Positions 1 to 12,635 of a stretch of 64,000 nt of DNA are shown here, one piece after another. A program made the translations under genes and the position numbers. This DNA is from Marsupella aquatica (Eukaryota; Plantae; Marchantiophyta): contig OZ316897.1 in NCBI GenBank assembly GCA_973895155.1, positions 18,510,457-18,574,456 on the forward strand, in the 5' to 3' direction. The stretch's first letter is position 1; each line of letters opens with the position of its first letter. The notes under the pieces were generated by a model. That model did no database searches and was not told where the DNA came from. It saw nothing but the letters and a program-made list of their open reading frames with translations.

Positions 1-44
1 TGGATGACAAGGTAGCTTTGTACAAGGATAAGGATAAGCAAGAC

Positions 45-3000
45 CTTCACAGTGAGAGGGCTTTCCATCACAGCGGCAGTGACCCTGACAACCTGCTCCA
101 ACCTTTGAGGCTTGGTCAAAAGGCAAGACCCAGACCCTTTATTGACAACCAGATCAATGGGGCATCCCATGTTTATATCAATGAAATCCACTGCACACTC
201 TTGTTCAATCAGCTCAGCAGTCCGAGCCACATGGTCAGGGAAAGAACCACAGATTTGAACTCCAAATAAATCCTCACAAGAATGCCTACGTAGCAATGCC
301 CATTCAGAAGCTTGACCCTGCAATGTTGAAACGGACATTGTAGGTTAGTTAAAAATTCATCTCCAGCATTTACATAAAGAATACACAATTACCCTCTTCA
401 TTCATTCAAGATAACTGTACCTGGAGAAGGTTGGTGCACATCGCCATCTCCCCACATGTGATGTCAGCTCCCAGACCCTTGCATACCCTTCGGAAAGGCA
501 GATTTCCTACCGTTGTAAGGGGAGCCAGGTATAACTTCTCTCTAAAGTCAATAACCTTCTTCTCTCGGTTTCCTAACTTTGATTCCACATAAAGCGACCG
601 TGAGGCATCAATAATTGGAGTGGACTTCCCCATCTCTACCTGAGCTTGAACGTCTCCGCTAGTAACATCCAATGCATTGAACCCATCCTCATCGAGTTTA
701 GCTGAGGTATCAATGACTGTCCTTTCATTGTTATCAGACGGACAATCGTTGACAGGACTGTTACCTATGGCTTCATCTGCTTCACTTTTGAGCCTCTTCT
801 GCGGGGGTGAGCCGCCCTCTGTGACGCGTGATAGCACTGGATAATTTGACTGTGCAAGTCCTTCATTCAGGTGTTCGTCAACATCTTCAATACTACCTTC
901 TCTACCTGCTGTTACTTCAATTCCTTGCTCCTTAACATACTTATTGTCAACGGGAGCAGAACTTAATGTTTCCAATGCGGTCTGTTTAATAGTTTCACGA
1001 GCGCCGCCCCTGACCCCTACGTATCTTTCCGGGGCATCCTCTTTTTCAGCCTGCTCAGGTTCGTCCATTCGATTATCTTCCCCCGCCACTTTCCGCAATT
1101 TAAAGGCCTTATTCTGTTGTTCAAACAAGATCCATTTGTATTAGTTAGGACGGAATATCATATTACCAAAACATCCATTTTAGCTTAAGCCCAGATAACG
1201 AAGATTAGCAGGGAAATCGAGAGCCGCAACAAATCGGATTCTAGTTGAGAGTAACAATGCATGATACATGCAAGAAAACCTCGACTTTACCATGACAAAA
1301 CAATCGTCAAAAATCCAAACTTGGTAATCTCGTAGGCGGACCTATTTCCAAACGACTTAAACAATAGCGACAATTGTTTTCGAGCCTGGGGAGCTAGTTG
1401 TCCGACGACATGCAGACAATTGCAGGCACAACTGACTCGCTAACTTAAATTTCTATCAGAATACAGCATTCCATGCAATATCTTTTCAATATCCTAGGTG
1501 TTCAATCTTAGCACACTAAGCTGCAAGAACACGATTGTCACTATGGTCCACTGCACAGAGTACACATGTTTCAGAAAAATAATCATCTGAAATGAATTCC
1601 TACGTGGTGCCCTCGCTTAGAATCTTGCTAAAGACTTTCAGTTTCAAACCATACCATCAGTCCCATGGCTTGCAACTGGGCGTCAGCCTTAGGGTACAAC
1701 CCCATATTTTTCCAAAGAAGTTTCTGCAGCTCTTTGCTCAAACTATTGAGCTCGTTTGGAGCAGTATTGGACCTCCTTTCTTGAGATCCTTCATGTTTAT
1801 CACAATCCTTGTGAGTGCCAGCAAATCTGCATGCAATACCATAAGAGCACCGCTCTCCTGTGTCCAAGGAGGGGCATCTTCCTGGTAGGTCATGGGGTTT
1901 CTGCAGTACAACCAAAGGGTCCAGAGTTAAAGATATACGAGCAGAGGACAACGTCTCTCCCGCAATAAGATCATGAGAAGATAGATATGGAGATTCATAA
2001 TTCACTGCTTTTTAAACTCATTTACAGAGATCATGGGTAAAGGAGTTGAAGGTGAACAACTAGAGTACAACCGTGCACCTGTGCGATGTAGCCGTCTAAG
2101 TCGTGGTTAAATCGACAGTTCGCAGCATAAGGACATTGTTTCACGTCGCCGGTCCTCGCAACAATAGCACATATGCCTTCCGTTGACTTTTTAGCCTGCC
2201 AAACGATGGAGAAGCTTATAGTCGATTATAACTCAATTCCCCTTCAACCGCAATTGACTTGAAACAGTGGACGAAAATCTGCCTTCTGTCCTCTTGTACA
2301 CGTCCTGCTTCTTAATGTCTTCTAGCCATAGATGCTACACGAGTAAGACTGGTGGGCAAGATATGGAAAGCGGAACAACGCGACGCCAGAGAGGATTTCG
2401 ATGAGCGACCATGCGAAAGACTTCAGCATATGGACTCGACATATGCGTGGTGTCACCGTAGGACCACAATTGTTGAGGCTAATAAGGCCCAAAAATAATT
2501 TTGCTGGCTACTATTATAGTGCCTCCATGATTCAGCACTGCAGGTCACAAATTGCGACCTTGAGCGCATTGCCACTAGTACCTCTGGGACTTTCCTTTCT
2601 CCAGAGAGGTTCCAACGCTATTGCCGAGAGGACACGGGTTTATTGAATCTCCGCAACCCAAACTTACATTTCCAGGGTGGTTTACTCGTCGACAGATGGT
2701 ACTCACAACGGCTATAATCTATGTACATCTGCCGCAACAAGGAGAAAATTCTGAGATGTATTTACTTTGGACGAATATTAAGAGAATGGTATGATGATTG
2801 ATCTCCTCTTGAAAATTCCTTATCGTACATTGCGCGCTCCGGTGTTCAAAGCCAGGAGAAGCCAGGTCCACGAGTTCGTGTCGTCTCAGTCTGATGCCAA
2901 AAAAGAAACTAAAACTTATGTTTCCCAAACACAAATGAGAATACATGTGAAATGTCACAGGAGTTCGTCATTCCACCGTAACTGCCAAAACAAGCAGAGT

Positions 3001-3674
3001 GCATCATCAAAAGAGTAGTTCAAAGCAGTCGAATCACGTCAGTTTGAGCGTACCAGCAATCTCTCTCTCTTCATTTGCCGCTTTGACTTCTTCTCGGGAA
3101 CCAAACGGGATTCCTTGTTTTCATCCCATACCCCGTTCGAAGGCACTGACCCCGTAACACTGCCGTTTGGTACCATTATTCGAACTCCTGCTGTTGTCAA
3201 AAACTCGCTCTTCACAGGAGCACGGCCTTTAGCAACAAGCTCGGCAATCGAAAGATTGGCCTTGTCATTGTTTCCATTCGTCAAGCCCACGGCATTCTCG
3301 ATTGCTGCTTGACTTCCTAAACCTTCTGAATCAATTGACTCCTCCCTAGTGAAACCGGCTTCGTCCACTGGGCTTCTTGCGTATTTCTGTTCTGGTACTG
3401 CAATTTCATCGGTAACACCAGCTTCCGCTGCACCATTTACTCTGTTTCCTACACCCTGTTCCACGTCCATATTTGCACCCACAGCTTCTTCCACTGCACC
3501 ATTTTCTTTTTGTCCTGCACCATTTTCCACCTCCATACTTGTCCCGGCAACTTCTTTGATTACACCATTAATCTTTTCTCCTGCACTTTCTTCCACATCC
3601 ATATTTGTCACTACAATTTTGAGGCGTACCGCGTCCGAAATACTTTCCGATCCAGCCATTTCTCCTGCTTCCAT
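45..3674 (-). CDS. DUS3: tRNA-dihydrouridine(47) synthase DUS3-like, multi-exon, 3' end beyond the left edge
   Basis: GT-AG exons read by eye: 3674-3054, 2195-2079, 1900-1655, 1113-421, 317-45. They encode two CCCH zinc fingers ([11 protein letters not shown]; [13 protein letters not shown]), [45 protein letters not shown] and [20 protein letters not shown]. Confidence 0.95.
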
Positions 3675-4282
3675 CCGCGTCTTGCTCACCAGGACCACAA
3701 TCTATGCAGGGTATTTGTCCACCACGTCCCACTGAATAAAATCCTGAACGGTAAATGACGATTTCTGATCTATTCTCGGGGATCGACCCTCCTCCACCAC
3801 GTTCCTCGGGGATTGCTTTCTCCGCAATTGCATCCACAGCTAGCTTTCGACCAGCATGAACTACTGCAACGACAGCAAAACAGAAGAGAGCAATTCCACG
3901 AAGTCTTTCCTGATTTCACCCTTAAACCGCTAGAATCATGCGGTCATTCGTTCTCCGCCACTGCTCTCAGTAGGAGCCGATCCACCACGAATTCCGGTTC
4001 CAGTTCGTCGAAGAGACTCCACATTCCGCTCCAAAACCACCCCAAAACCATGCACAACTCCGCCAACTATCGTCAACCCCAATTCTGCTCCGCCTCGAGT
4101 GCGGCACAACCACTTCGTTTCTCAAAATACAATCACACTCCAAAGTTGTGCGGCGGTCTCCACCGCGCTTCGCATTCTGTAGCTCTCTGTCTCTCCTGTT
4201 TCCCGCTCTGGTGGTTCCTGGCTCGTACACAACCGATTTTTCCTTCAACATTCCTCCTCCATTTTACTACCGTCTGAGCCTC

Positions 4283-4432
4283 GTCGGAATTTCTCCTTCA
4301 ACGTTTGCAGCTCTGATTCTTTGCGAGCTGCGTCGGAATTTCTCCTTCAACGTTTGCAGCTCTGATTCTTTGCGAGCTGCGTCGGAATTTCTCCTTCAGC
4401 GTTTGCAGCTGTGATTCTCTGCGAGCTGCGTC
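4283..4432. repeat. Tandem repeat, 3 x 49 bp
   Basis: Unit GTCGGAATTTCTCCTTCAACGTTTGCAGCTCTGATTCTTTGCGAGCTGC starts at 4283, 4332 and 4381. Confidence 0.9.
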
Positions 4433-4492
4433 TTCTAATGTGGGCAGTGGAGCATTTGGATGGGAATTCGGAGGCAGGAGAGAAGATTCACG

Positions 4493-4640
4493 GGAGGGCT
4501 ACTGCAGGGGGCGGGGGCGGGGGCGGGGGAGAAGAGAGAAGAGAGGAGGAGGGCTACTGCAGGGGGCGGGGGCGGGGGAGGAGGCGGGAGAGAAGAGAGA
4601 AGAGAGGAGGGCGGGGGCGGGGGCGGGAGAGAAGAGAATC
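4493..4640 (+). repeat. G-rich/purine-rich low-complexity repeat with (GGGGC)n tracts
   Basis: Repeated GGAGGGCTACTGCAGGGGGCGGGGGCGGGGG blocks alternate with GAGAAGAGAG, upstream of DUS3. Confidence 0.8.
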
Positions 4641-4929
4641 GGGGCAAGAAAGGGCTCCGAAGAGTCGATGGAAACGGCCGTTCTGAGCCGTCCAGTTTAG
4701 CGTCCTTTTAGCGGCCCAGATGTTTCGCCATATTGTTGCACTGCTATAGGTCATATAGCGGGTGTTTGGCAAGAACGCTTGTTTGACACACTCGTTTGGG
4801 AAGCATAAGCTGTGGAATCCCTGTAATTAGAGAACCTTTTGACATATCTTTTGACATGTGATGTGTCACATGATATAGGGGGTGTGTGTGGCTCTTCAAT
4901 GGCCCAGACATTCACTCTCCTTCATAGGG

Positions 4930-5240
4930 CGGAGGTTGGTGGTTTTAGGGTCTCCCGTCAGGTTCCGCTCCCCGGTTACATTTCGTGACCCTCCTATGTG
5001 GTTTACTCCAGAGTTCTACCAGGCCTTTTTGTTCTTCACTCAGTAGGGTGTTAACCTTCACAGTTCCTTTGTAGGTTACTTTTTGGCCTTGTGTCTTCTT
5101 TGGCTTGTGGTTGGGGACCCCTTGGCTTGGTTTTCTTGGGGCCCTTTCCCCTTTCTTTCCTCCCCTTTGTTGGGTTGTATTGCCTTTGGGATCTTGTCTC
5201 CCGGTTTGGCCTTTTCTGCCTTTGTGCAGTGTGATAATAA
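4930..5240 (+). mobile_element. 3' fragment of a CRE-like non-LTR retrotransposon
   Basis: ...GGGATCTTGTCTCCCGGTTTGGC...GCAGTGTGATA matches the 3' UTR of the CRE-like element at 32908-33140. Confidence 0.65.
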
Positions 5241-5282
5241 AATAAAAACTAAAAGATGGACCATTTGGTAGTTGAGATGACT

Positions 5283-5620
5283 TAGTATATATCAGAGTGC
5301 CCAAGGGCAAAAAATGCGGGAGACAAGATCCCAAATGCAAAGCAACCCAATGAAGGGAGGCAAAAGAGGGGAAAGGGCCCCAAGAAAAACATGCCAAGGG
5401 GACCCCAACCAAAAGCCAACCAAGGAACAAGGACCAAAAAAGGAACCTACAAAGGAGCCGTGAAGGCTAACAACCAATTGAGGGGAGAACTGAAAAGCCT
5501 GATAGAGCTACGGAGTAAACTGCATAAGAGGGTCATGAAATTGAACCTACTGGGAGTCCCTAAAGCCAACTGCCACATACATCCACTGCCCAATTCACTC
5601 ATGTATGTATACCAGAGTTA
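5283..5620 (-). mobile_element. 3' fragment of a CRE-like non-LTR retrotransposon, tail-to-tail with the previous copy
   Basis: Starts TAGTATATATCA on the + strand, identical to the element terminus at 32908. CGGGAGACAAGATCCC and GAGCTACGGAGTAAACTGCATAAGAGGGTCA resemble 32940-33110. Confidence 0.7.
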
Positions 5621-5806
5621 TGCTTGAATCCTGGTGTGTGCCAACAATCATTATTCTAGCTAATAAAAGTACTCCCAGGAACTGCTGTCTTATAAAGTGA
5701 AGACTCTAGAGAGGAACTCTTGTCTCCTCTAGACACCCACTCTAGACACACACTCTAAGTGAGGACATAACTAAAAGTGAAGGTGCTGACAATAGCGAGA
5801 GTTGGG

Positions 5807-5956
5807 GCTATGAACAAAAATAGCATAACATCCTTTTCTTTTTTAGTTCTCCTCATCTCTATTTACATTCAAGGAACAACAAGCAGAGTCTGGCTATGAA
5901 CAAAAAATAGTATAAAATACTTTTCTTTCTTAGTTCTCCTCATCTCTATTTACATT
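5807..5956. repeat. Direct duplication of about 65 bp, likely a repeat-element remnant
   Basis: GGCTATGAACAAAAA(A)TAG..TTAGTTCTCCTCATCTCTATTTACATT occurs twice. Confidence 0.6.
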
Positions 5957-8889
5957 GGAACGGGTAATAAGCTAGTTAGCACCAATGAAACCTGAATTGG
6001 AGATATTGGGGTTCTCATCTCTATTTTACACTAAGGGACAGAAATGAAACAGTGCATGAAACCCGCTTCGTATATATATTGGGGGTGCGTCACCACATCC
6101 GGACTACAGAGCCTCTCCTTTGTAGCTCGATCGACATTCTCGACAATGCCCAACGAGCTCTGCACAAAGCTTCCATCGCGGCGCTGTCTTGCGTTTCCAG
6201 CAGCTTAGCATTGCGGCGACAGTCGAGAGGGAGTTCAACTATTCCATAACTCAATTGAAGGTGAGCTTCTCGTTGTTTTTCTGAGAGCGTCAGCGAATGG
6301 CATGGATGATCCGCATTTTGGGGCTTGATTTCTACTTTCAGAAAGGATGTGCTCGGGTAGCAATGTCGGCAATTTTATTCTGTGATTTCTACTCTGGATC
6401 GGCAGAATTGGACGTCAGCTTCACCTGTGTTTGAGAAGAACGAATCATCGTTTCTCATTTAGGAGAAATGGAATTAATTGAGGCTCTTCAACCTGTGGTT
6501 TGGAGAATTGGAAATCCAGAGAGTTGAATTGTGGACATGAGGGATTAAGTGCATGATCAGTCCTGGCGCACCAGCGCCTGATCTAGCGTACAGCTTGAGC
6601 GCTCGATGCCTGTTAAGCGATTACTGATATGTGCCTCTTGCTTTTTCGACAATCGTTTAGCTTTAGGTGCTGGAAGAGGCGAACCATAGCAAATTGCCAT
6701 GCAGAACGCTATTCCAGCTCACATCGCGGACAGCGCTCGTAATGTGAGTACGCCGTTCAACCTTGCTTCGAGTCGGTTGACTTTATAATCTGTGATTCCA
6801 TAGTGTTCTACAAGATATCGGATAAAAATTCATGTTTTGGTGATTCGGAAGGATCATCTGTGAGATATATTCTGGCGTTTGCTGTGGTGTTGCCGGACGC
6901 CAATCCCGGACCATTTGTTTTTCGATTAGGTCATCATTGTGCTCTTTGGTGGGACCTTGTCACCTAATGTGGAGTACAGTAGGTTGGCTCTCATCGCCAA
7001 AGTAAGAACGGGGTTCGAGGATTCCTTTCGTTTATATTGAAAAGACCAATCGCATGATAAGTAATATTTCGCAAGAATCGTCGTTTAACATCACGAGGGT
7101 GTTGATAGAGTTCCGCAGTGATATAACAATGACACTTGCTGACGGATGCCCACATCTGATGCCACTAGTCATTACGGTAGAAAGGATTCAACGTAAAGAT
7201 TTGGCAGTAAGATTTTGCTGTATGGGGTACAGTTATTTCGAGAATGTATGCGGCGAGCCGATTATGTAGGTGTCAAGGTATGTGTTCTTCAGATCATTAT
7301 AGTTGTGGAAACGTCTCTATTTTCGTGCAGCTGAAGGTACCACTGTTGTTTGAAATGGCATTCGATTCCTTTTTGTTTGTCTTTGAGGACGATTCAGAAG
7401 CTCCATTTTCTGTCGGACAGCATCCTCTGTATCCTCATAAGACCCTTGTTCTATACAGCACGGAAACAGGGAAACCCTGAGAGCTCTTGTGCGCCTTCAA
7501 TTCAGGCAGAACATGCATGAAATTGATCCGATCAAGATTCAGGAGCAAAAGGATGCGTAAGTGGGCGGTGCTTGGACCAGATATTCTATCACTTGTTGGT
7601 TGCTTGATTTGTTTCTCTAAAAGGGGAATGGCGACCTGCTACCTGAACCTTGTGTACAGTTTGCTGAAGTAGGCTATGAGTCACACATTTCCGTTCAGAT
7701 TCATTAGCTCGGGTGCTCAAGCTGTAAGATTTGAAGCGCCATTTATGAATTCTGGAAAGATCGCTAGCATCATGATCTGTACTTTTTGGAAAATGACGTG
7801 TGCAGAGCTGTAAGGGGCCTTTTCAATCATATGTTCCATGAAGCAGAAAAAATGTCAGACCCTTTAAACAGATGGACAGGCATAGTGGACTGAGAACTCA
7901 ACGGTCCGGTGGGGTAGAAACCACATTAGTATGGCTTCCATACACATAGCCTTTAAGACTCCGGTCAATTGGAACAAAGACACCAGTTAGGGCCCGTATC
8001 TGTAAGTTCCTCACTGAGATTCACAACTTACATACGATGTCATCTTTCCTACGTGCATTGAGCAAAGCCAGCAAGTAGGTAACGGACGTCAAAATAGTAA
8101 GGGTTTTTATGTTCCTTTTCTCGGTTTGGTTCAAATGGAAACAGACTCTTTCAAGGATATATGGCAGACCAATGTTGTACAATCTGTATAATCTGATGTC
8201 TTTTGTTGATTGAGGATTACCCAAGATTGTACTTGTGTCGTGTTAGTTCTCTGAGCTCAATGCATTTCCTGTTAATGTTCTGAACCTCAACGAGTACCAC
8301 AGTTAGTTGTCGTGACTTTTTGAGAGTTTGCTGAAATGAAGTTTTGCTGAAAGGAAGTTGACGATTGCACTTGAAGTTCGCAAATCTGAATCATGGTTAG
8401 GATGGCCTTGGTTTGGTCACAGAACCGAAACGCTGGATTACTTTCCAATTGAGGGAAACATGATGATGTTTTGAACCGTTGTGATGACGAACAATTGGAA
8501 GGTTGCACCATCTCACCTCACGGCGTGCGCTGACCCCGATGGCTGACATTGTAACAGCCATTTAATGTGTTGTGAACGAGTGACGACAGTGAAACCTAAG
8601 ATCATGGGTAGTGTGGTAGTAGGGTAGAAGCTTGATTCATAGATTGAAAGAAACAAGTCTACCGTCAGACCGTGGACTCCAACTGGAAATGGGATATGGG
8701 GAAAGTTTACCACCAAATGTTACAATGCAACCTGAATCATCAGGACAAAAATCATGATCATTCCATGAAACTATATCGTCCAGGTTTAGGAGAATGAAGT
8801 GCAAGGACTTCAATTTACTTCAATGACGTTACCATGATCTATTCCAAGTTGTTCGATCAGACTCCATCAGGACTAGCAAGGAGAAAACT

Positions 8890-9015
8890 TCCTTGCTTCT
8901 CCACTCTATTGGGTCTCCTGCCTACGCGATTCTGTCTCCCAGTTTGGCATAGTTTGCCAGATTCTGTCTCCCAGTTTGGCATATTTTGTTCTTTGGCAGT
9001 GTGAATACTATACTA
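8890..9015 (+). mobile_element. Short CRE-like 3' end fragment
   Basis: GATTCTGTCTCCCAGTTTGGCATA is duplicated and followed by TTTGGCAGTGTGAATACTATACTA. A further GTGATATATACTA terminus lies at about 9167. Confidence 0.55.
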
Positions 9016-9049
9016 GTACAGTGGTGATAACACCTGCAAGAAATGACTC

Positions 9050-9480
9050 GAGGGATGCCTAGAGAATTCCCTTGTAGAAACACCCGTGGCTGAACCGAGC
9101 GACCAGACTGGAGCAGCCAGAAGAGCTAGGAATGCATGGACTCCCGGTGTGGTACATTTTGTTTTTGTGATATATACTAGTACAGTGGTGATCACACATG
9201 CATACCCTAGGGAAGCCTAGAGAAGTCCCTCTTCGTAGAAACACCCTGTGGCTGAAGAAAGTCTAAACTGGAGGAACTAGAGGAGCTAAGGAACCCGTAC
9301 GGGATGACGCGGCAGGTACACCGATAGACGACTCAAAGGGACCAGACGAGACTGACTGGAGAAGCTAGGAATGCGTGAGAAGACCCATGGACCAGCCTAG
9401 ATTTTCTGGAGTAGCTAGGAATGCATGAGAAGACCCATGGCCAGACGAGACTGTTGGAGCTAGGAATGGATAAGCCCTGT
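9050..9480. repeat. Degenerate short tandem-repeat array
   Basis: Recurrent GAGACTG..GGAG(A/T)AGCTAGGAATGC(A/G)TGAGAAGACCCATGG units. Confidence 0.55.
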
Positions 9481-10570
9481 GGCCCGCCCAACACCAGCAT
9501 GATGGACAGCAGTAATCGCAGGCAGTACTTTTGGACTAGTTCATAGGTATGAGGCAGATGCAAGCTGGGGAAACTCAAAAGCAGACAGGAATTACCAATA
9601 GCTAGCATGGGACCACACGAGTTGTATAGTTGCTTAAAGAGAATGTGCTAGCAAAGAAGTTGACGAAGGAATTGTAAAGAAAGAAGAAGCATAATGAGCA
9701 GAGAAAAGGTGTCCCCTGGAGAATCCATACATGAAAGGTTGCGAGGTGAGGGCTAGCATCAGTGAGAGAACGAGCCGTGGTCGTGGGCATCGGCGGAGTA
9801 TGGTGGAATGTGAGGAAAGATGTACACATTCGGCACCTAACTACAGAGATCCTCAAAGAAAGCACGGTGGCAGGGGGGGAGCCCGTCGGGGAGTGTGGCA
9901 GCCCTCGGTCAAATCGTGCAACATTAGGCGACTGGGTGAGGGTTTTGCTAAGAAAAATGTCTTCACGGGGAGAGCGGGGCGTACCAACCAGGAAAGTCAT
10001 GCGGCCTCGTCGTCTGTTTCACAGTTTCCTTGCACTGAGTAATAACACTACCTTGCTGACCAGATTGTCAAGAGGATTGCAGATTGCAGCAGTTTGAACG
10101 TGGATGACCATATCCTTTATTTAGGTTGGTGCTTTGAAAACTTCTGATATAATCGGTCATGACACGCTTTCGCTTTATTTTAGGTTCAGCCTAAATTCGA
10201 TGTTCAGTTCCGGAGACGTGGCCTGAGATGTCTTTTCGAGTAGGTTTTTGGAAATGAGCAAATCGGCCTAGACACAACCACTTTTGCTATCGGCAGGAAA
10301 GTAGGATACTTTCAGCAACGGTACATAGATCCGTCTCGCACGAAGAGGTTGATTTACAGAGTAGTGGTAGTCGCGAGCTTGAGGATTGAGAAGAGAGAGA
10401 GAATGATATCAAATCAAAATTTGAGTTCTATTGAGTGGAGAAGTTTGGTCGAGCCAATTCTTCCAGCGTACAGCAAAACTTGGCAAAGAATTTAGACCGT
10501 CACATTTACAGTGCTAGAAACTCTGTAGAGTCTCAAATATTGTCAGGAGTCCTTGAATTCTACAGATAAA

Positions 10571-11353
10571 ATGATGATGGTCAATCCAGCTGATTTGAGG
10601 TTCACTCAGGATTCAATTGCATGTCATTTCAAGGCGCCCTATGAACATTTCAGAATTAGGGAGGCTCTAAAAATGATCAAGACGGGACAGATGCGCCCCA
10701 ATGACTTCCCTAGGCTACAGGTCATTTTTCACGAAGGTTGCTTGTGGTCAATGGATAATAGAAGACTCTGGGTTTTCCGAAAGGCTAAATGCTCAGAGAT
10801 CGCTGTGACAATGCTGACCACAATGCACCAGCGACTAGAGGAACTCATTAGTCTCCGGCCAAGATTTATGAAACTTTCCAAAGCCAACTTTTTCCCAAGG
10901 GTTCGAGGAAGTCAAAGTGTGCCGCCTACGCTGACAGTGGCCGTTCACCCAAGAGTGGGAGTTGCAGAAGTTATGAGCAGACATGGTTTCCCGGAACGGG
11001 CTCGAGCCAGCCAGAAGTTGTTGCCAACGCCGACAGTGGCTTCTCCCAGCCGAGCTCCAAGCTCTTACCACCAGTTGGAAGGCGCCATGAGCGAATTTAC
11101 ACGACTATCTTCTCGTCCTGGACTCCTCTTACTTTTGCCTAGACAAACCGAGAGCTCAAACCCTTTCATGCACTTCCGTCGTTGCTTTGGTACACAAGGA
11201 TGGTGGAGTCATCTCAAACAGAAGACTTCTGCGCGTACACGTACGCCTCTTCTTCCTATATCGACACATGATGACGGACGACCGACCGAGTCATGGTTTG
11301 GATGGGCTAGAAATCTGATCTCAGGGTTCTTCGGGATTCCATCATCCGCATGA
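10571..11353 (+). CDS. Intronless protein with an N-terminal ParB/sulfiredoxin-like (Tox-ParB-like) domain and a low-complexity, aromatic C-terminal tail
   Basis: Motifs VNPADLRFTQDSIACHF...FPRLQV...LWSMDNRRLWVFRKA match the RF[ST]QxS...[SL]DNRRL signature of ParB-like toxin domains. First ATG is at 10571 in the 266-aa ORF. Confidence 0.75.
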   Translation: MMMVNPADLRFTQDSIACHFKAPYEHFRIREALKMIKTGQMRPNDFPRLQVIFHEGCLWSMDNRRLWVFRKAKCSEIAVTMLTTMHQRLEELISLRPRFMKLSKANFFPRVRGSQSVPPTLTVAVHPRVGVAEVMSRHGFPERARASQKLLPTPTVASPSRAPSSYHQLEGAMSEFTRLSSRPGLLLLLPRQTESSNPFMHFRRCFGTQGWWSHLKQKTSARTRTPLLPISTHDDGRPTESWFGWARNLISGFFGIPSSA

Positions 11354-12571
11354 ATCCCTTATGGACCTGGAGCATCGACTCATTACAATATTAGAGGTCG
11401 GTGTTGGCCACACATGGCCCGATTGTGTGTCACCTAAACCTGCTGGACGTTAGGAAATACATATCGTAACATATTTGTAAGATATTTAAACTGTATATAG
11501 TTATCTATCATCATCGCTGCGGTATAGACCTCTTTGACTTAATTGGTTTGCTCCTCACGAAATGGCAAGGCATGCCTTCCTTTCGTCTGATCCTGTAGGC
11601 TTATCCACTGAAGCTGTCTGTTAGAGTGAAGTATAGTTAGTGCTCTACGAAACTTGACGAGCAAGGTATGTACTCGGTCCTTACGAAATGTTCATTTTCT
11701 ATATGACTGTAAAGTTATTTAAGCAGAGTTATTTGAGGCAGTTGCAACGACTGGAATAGCAGCTGTGATGGAATATAAGGTTTTGGTCGGGGATGACAAT
11801 TGGGTTTTTGAATTTATTTCCTTTCTGATTTGATGTATGGTTTGTGGCCCCTGAGCACATCTAACTTCGGTTGTGTCTAGGAGAATGTATGATGGACCCA
11901 AACGCAGTATAGGCTCGGACAACTGTGTGATAGTATATCGAGGTGAGCAACAGTAATACTTTTATGTAACCCTTTTGGACTTTCTGATGATCGAGTGAGA
12001 TCAGTAGACAACAAGCTAGAAAGAATTGTATCAAATGGGACTGTCGGAATGGAAGACAGATTATCGAACAATGTCATGGATCTCCCAATGTTGAAGAGGT
12101 TTGGAAACCACAAATGCACATTCAAATATAGTAACATTGATGTCAACTATCAAAATAATGTGAAAGAAGCTTTGAATTAAAACCAGGATGGACTTTAGGG
12201 CATCCACTTAAAAAGTTTCTAGGACTCAAAGCAGCCAGTAGATCTATAGTCCGCTTAGTATCATGGGTCCCGTGGGTCGATTCGCAGGAAAAATCAGCAG
12301 TAAGAAGATCATTAATTATAGCCCAGAAGATTGTCTCTGCTACTAAATATTCTGGTTAGTACTGATCTGTCACTCATACCTCGGTTATACAACTATCCCT
12401 CGTCATGATCGTTTGCAAGGAGCGACCTTCTTTGATCTTCGAAGCTCGGGCTTCCAGGTAGAATGACCCGACTCTTTGCAAAAACAATCTTGCAATTTTC
12501 TGTCAGTGTAATGCTCTATCCCATCAAAACGTCGTGTCAAAAATTCAAGTGATCCTTCGTCGCGTGTTAAC

Positions 12572-12635
12572 GTCAATATTCTGAACGAATTTCTCTATGA
12601 CTTGGATATTGAGAAAAATTGTTCAGAATATTGAC
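12572..12635. repeat. Near-perfect hairpin / small foldback element
   Basis: GTCAATATTCTGAACGAATTTCTC ... GAGAAAAATTGTTCAGAATATTGAC. Confidence 0.7.

Noticed and set aside
4411-4711. Gly/Arg/Pro-rich ORFs
   Set aside because: Artefacts of low-complexity G-rich repeats that are open in many frames.
9602-10097. Overlapping 100-130 aa ORFs, one with a CxxC
   Set aside because: Possibly a decayed retroelement zinc-knuckle fragment, but too degenerate to call.
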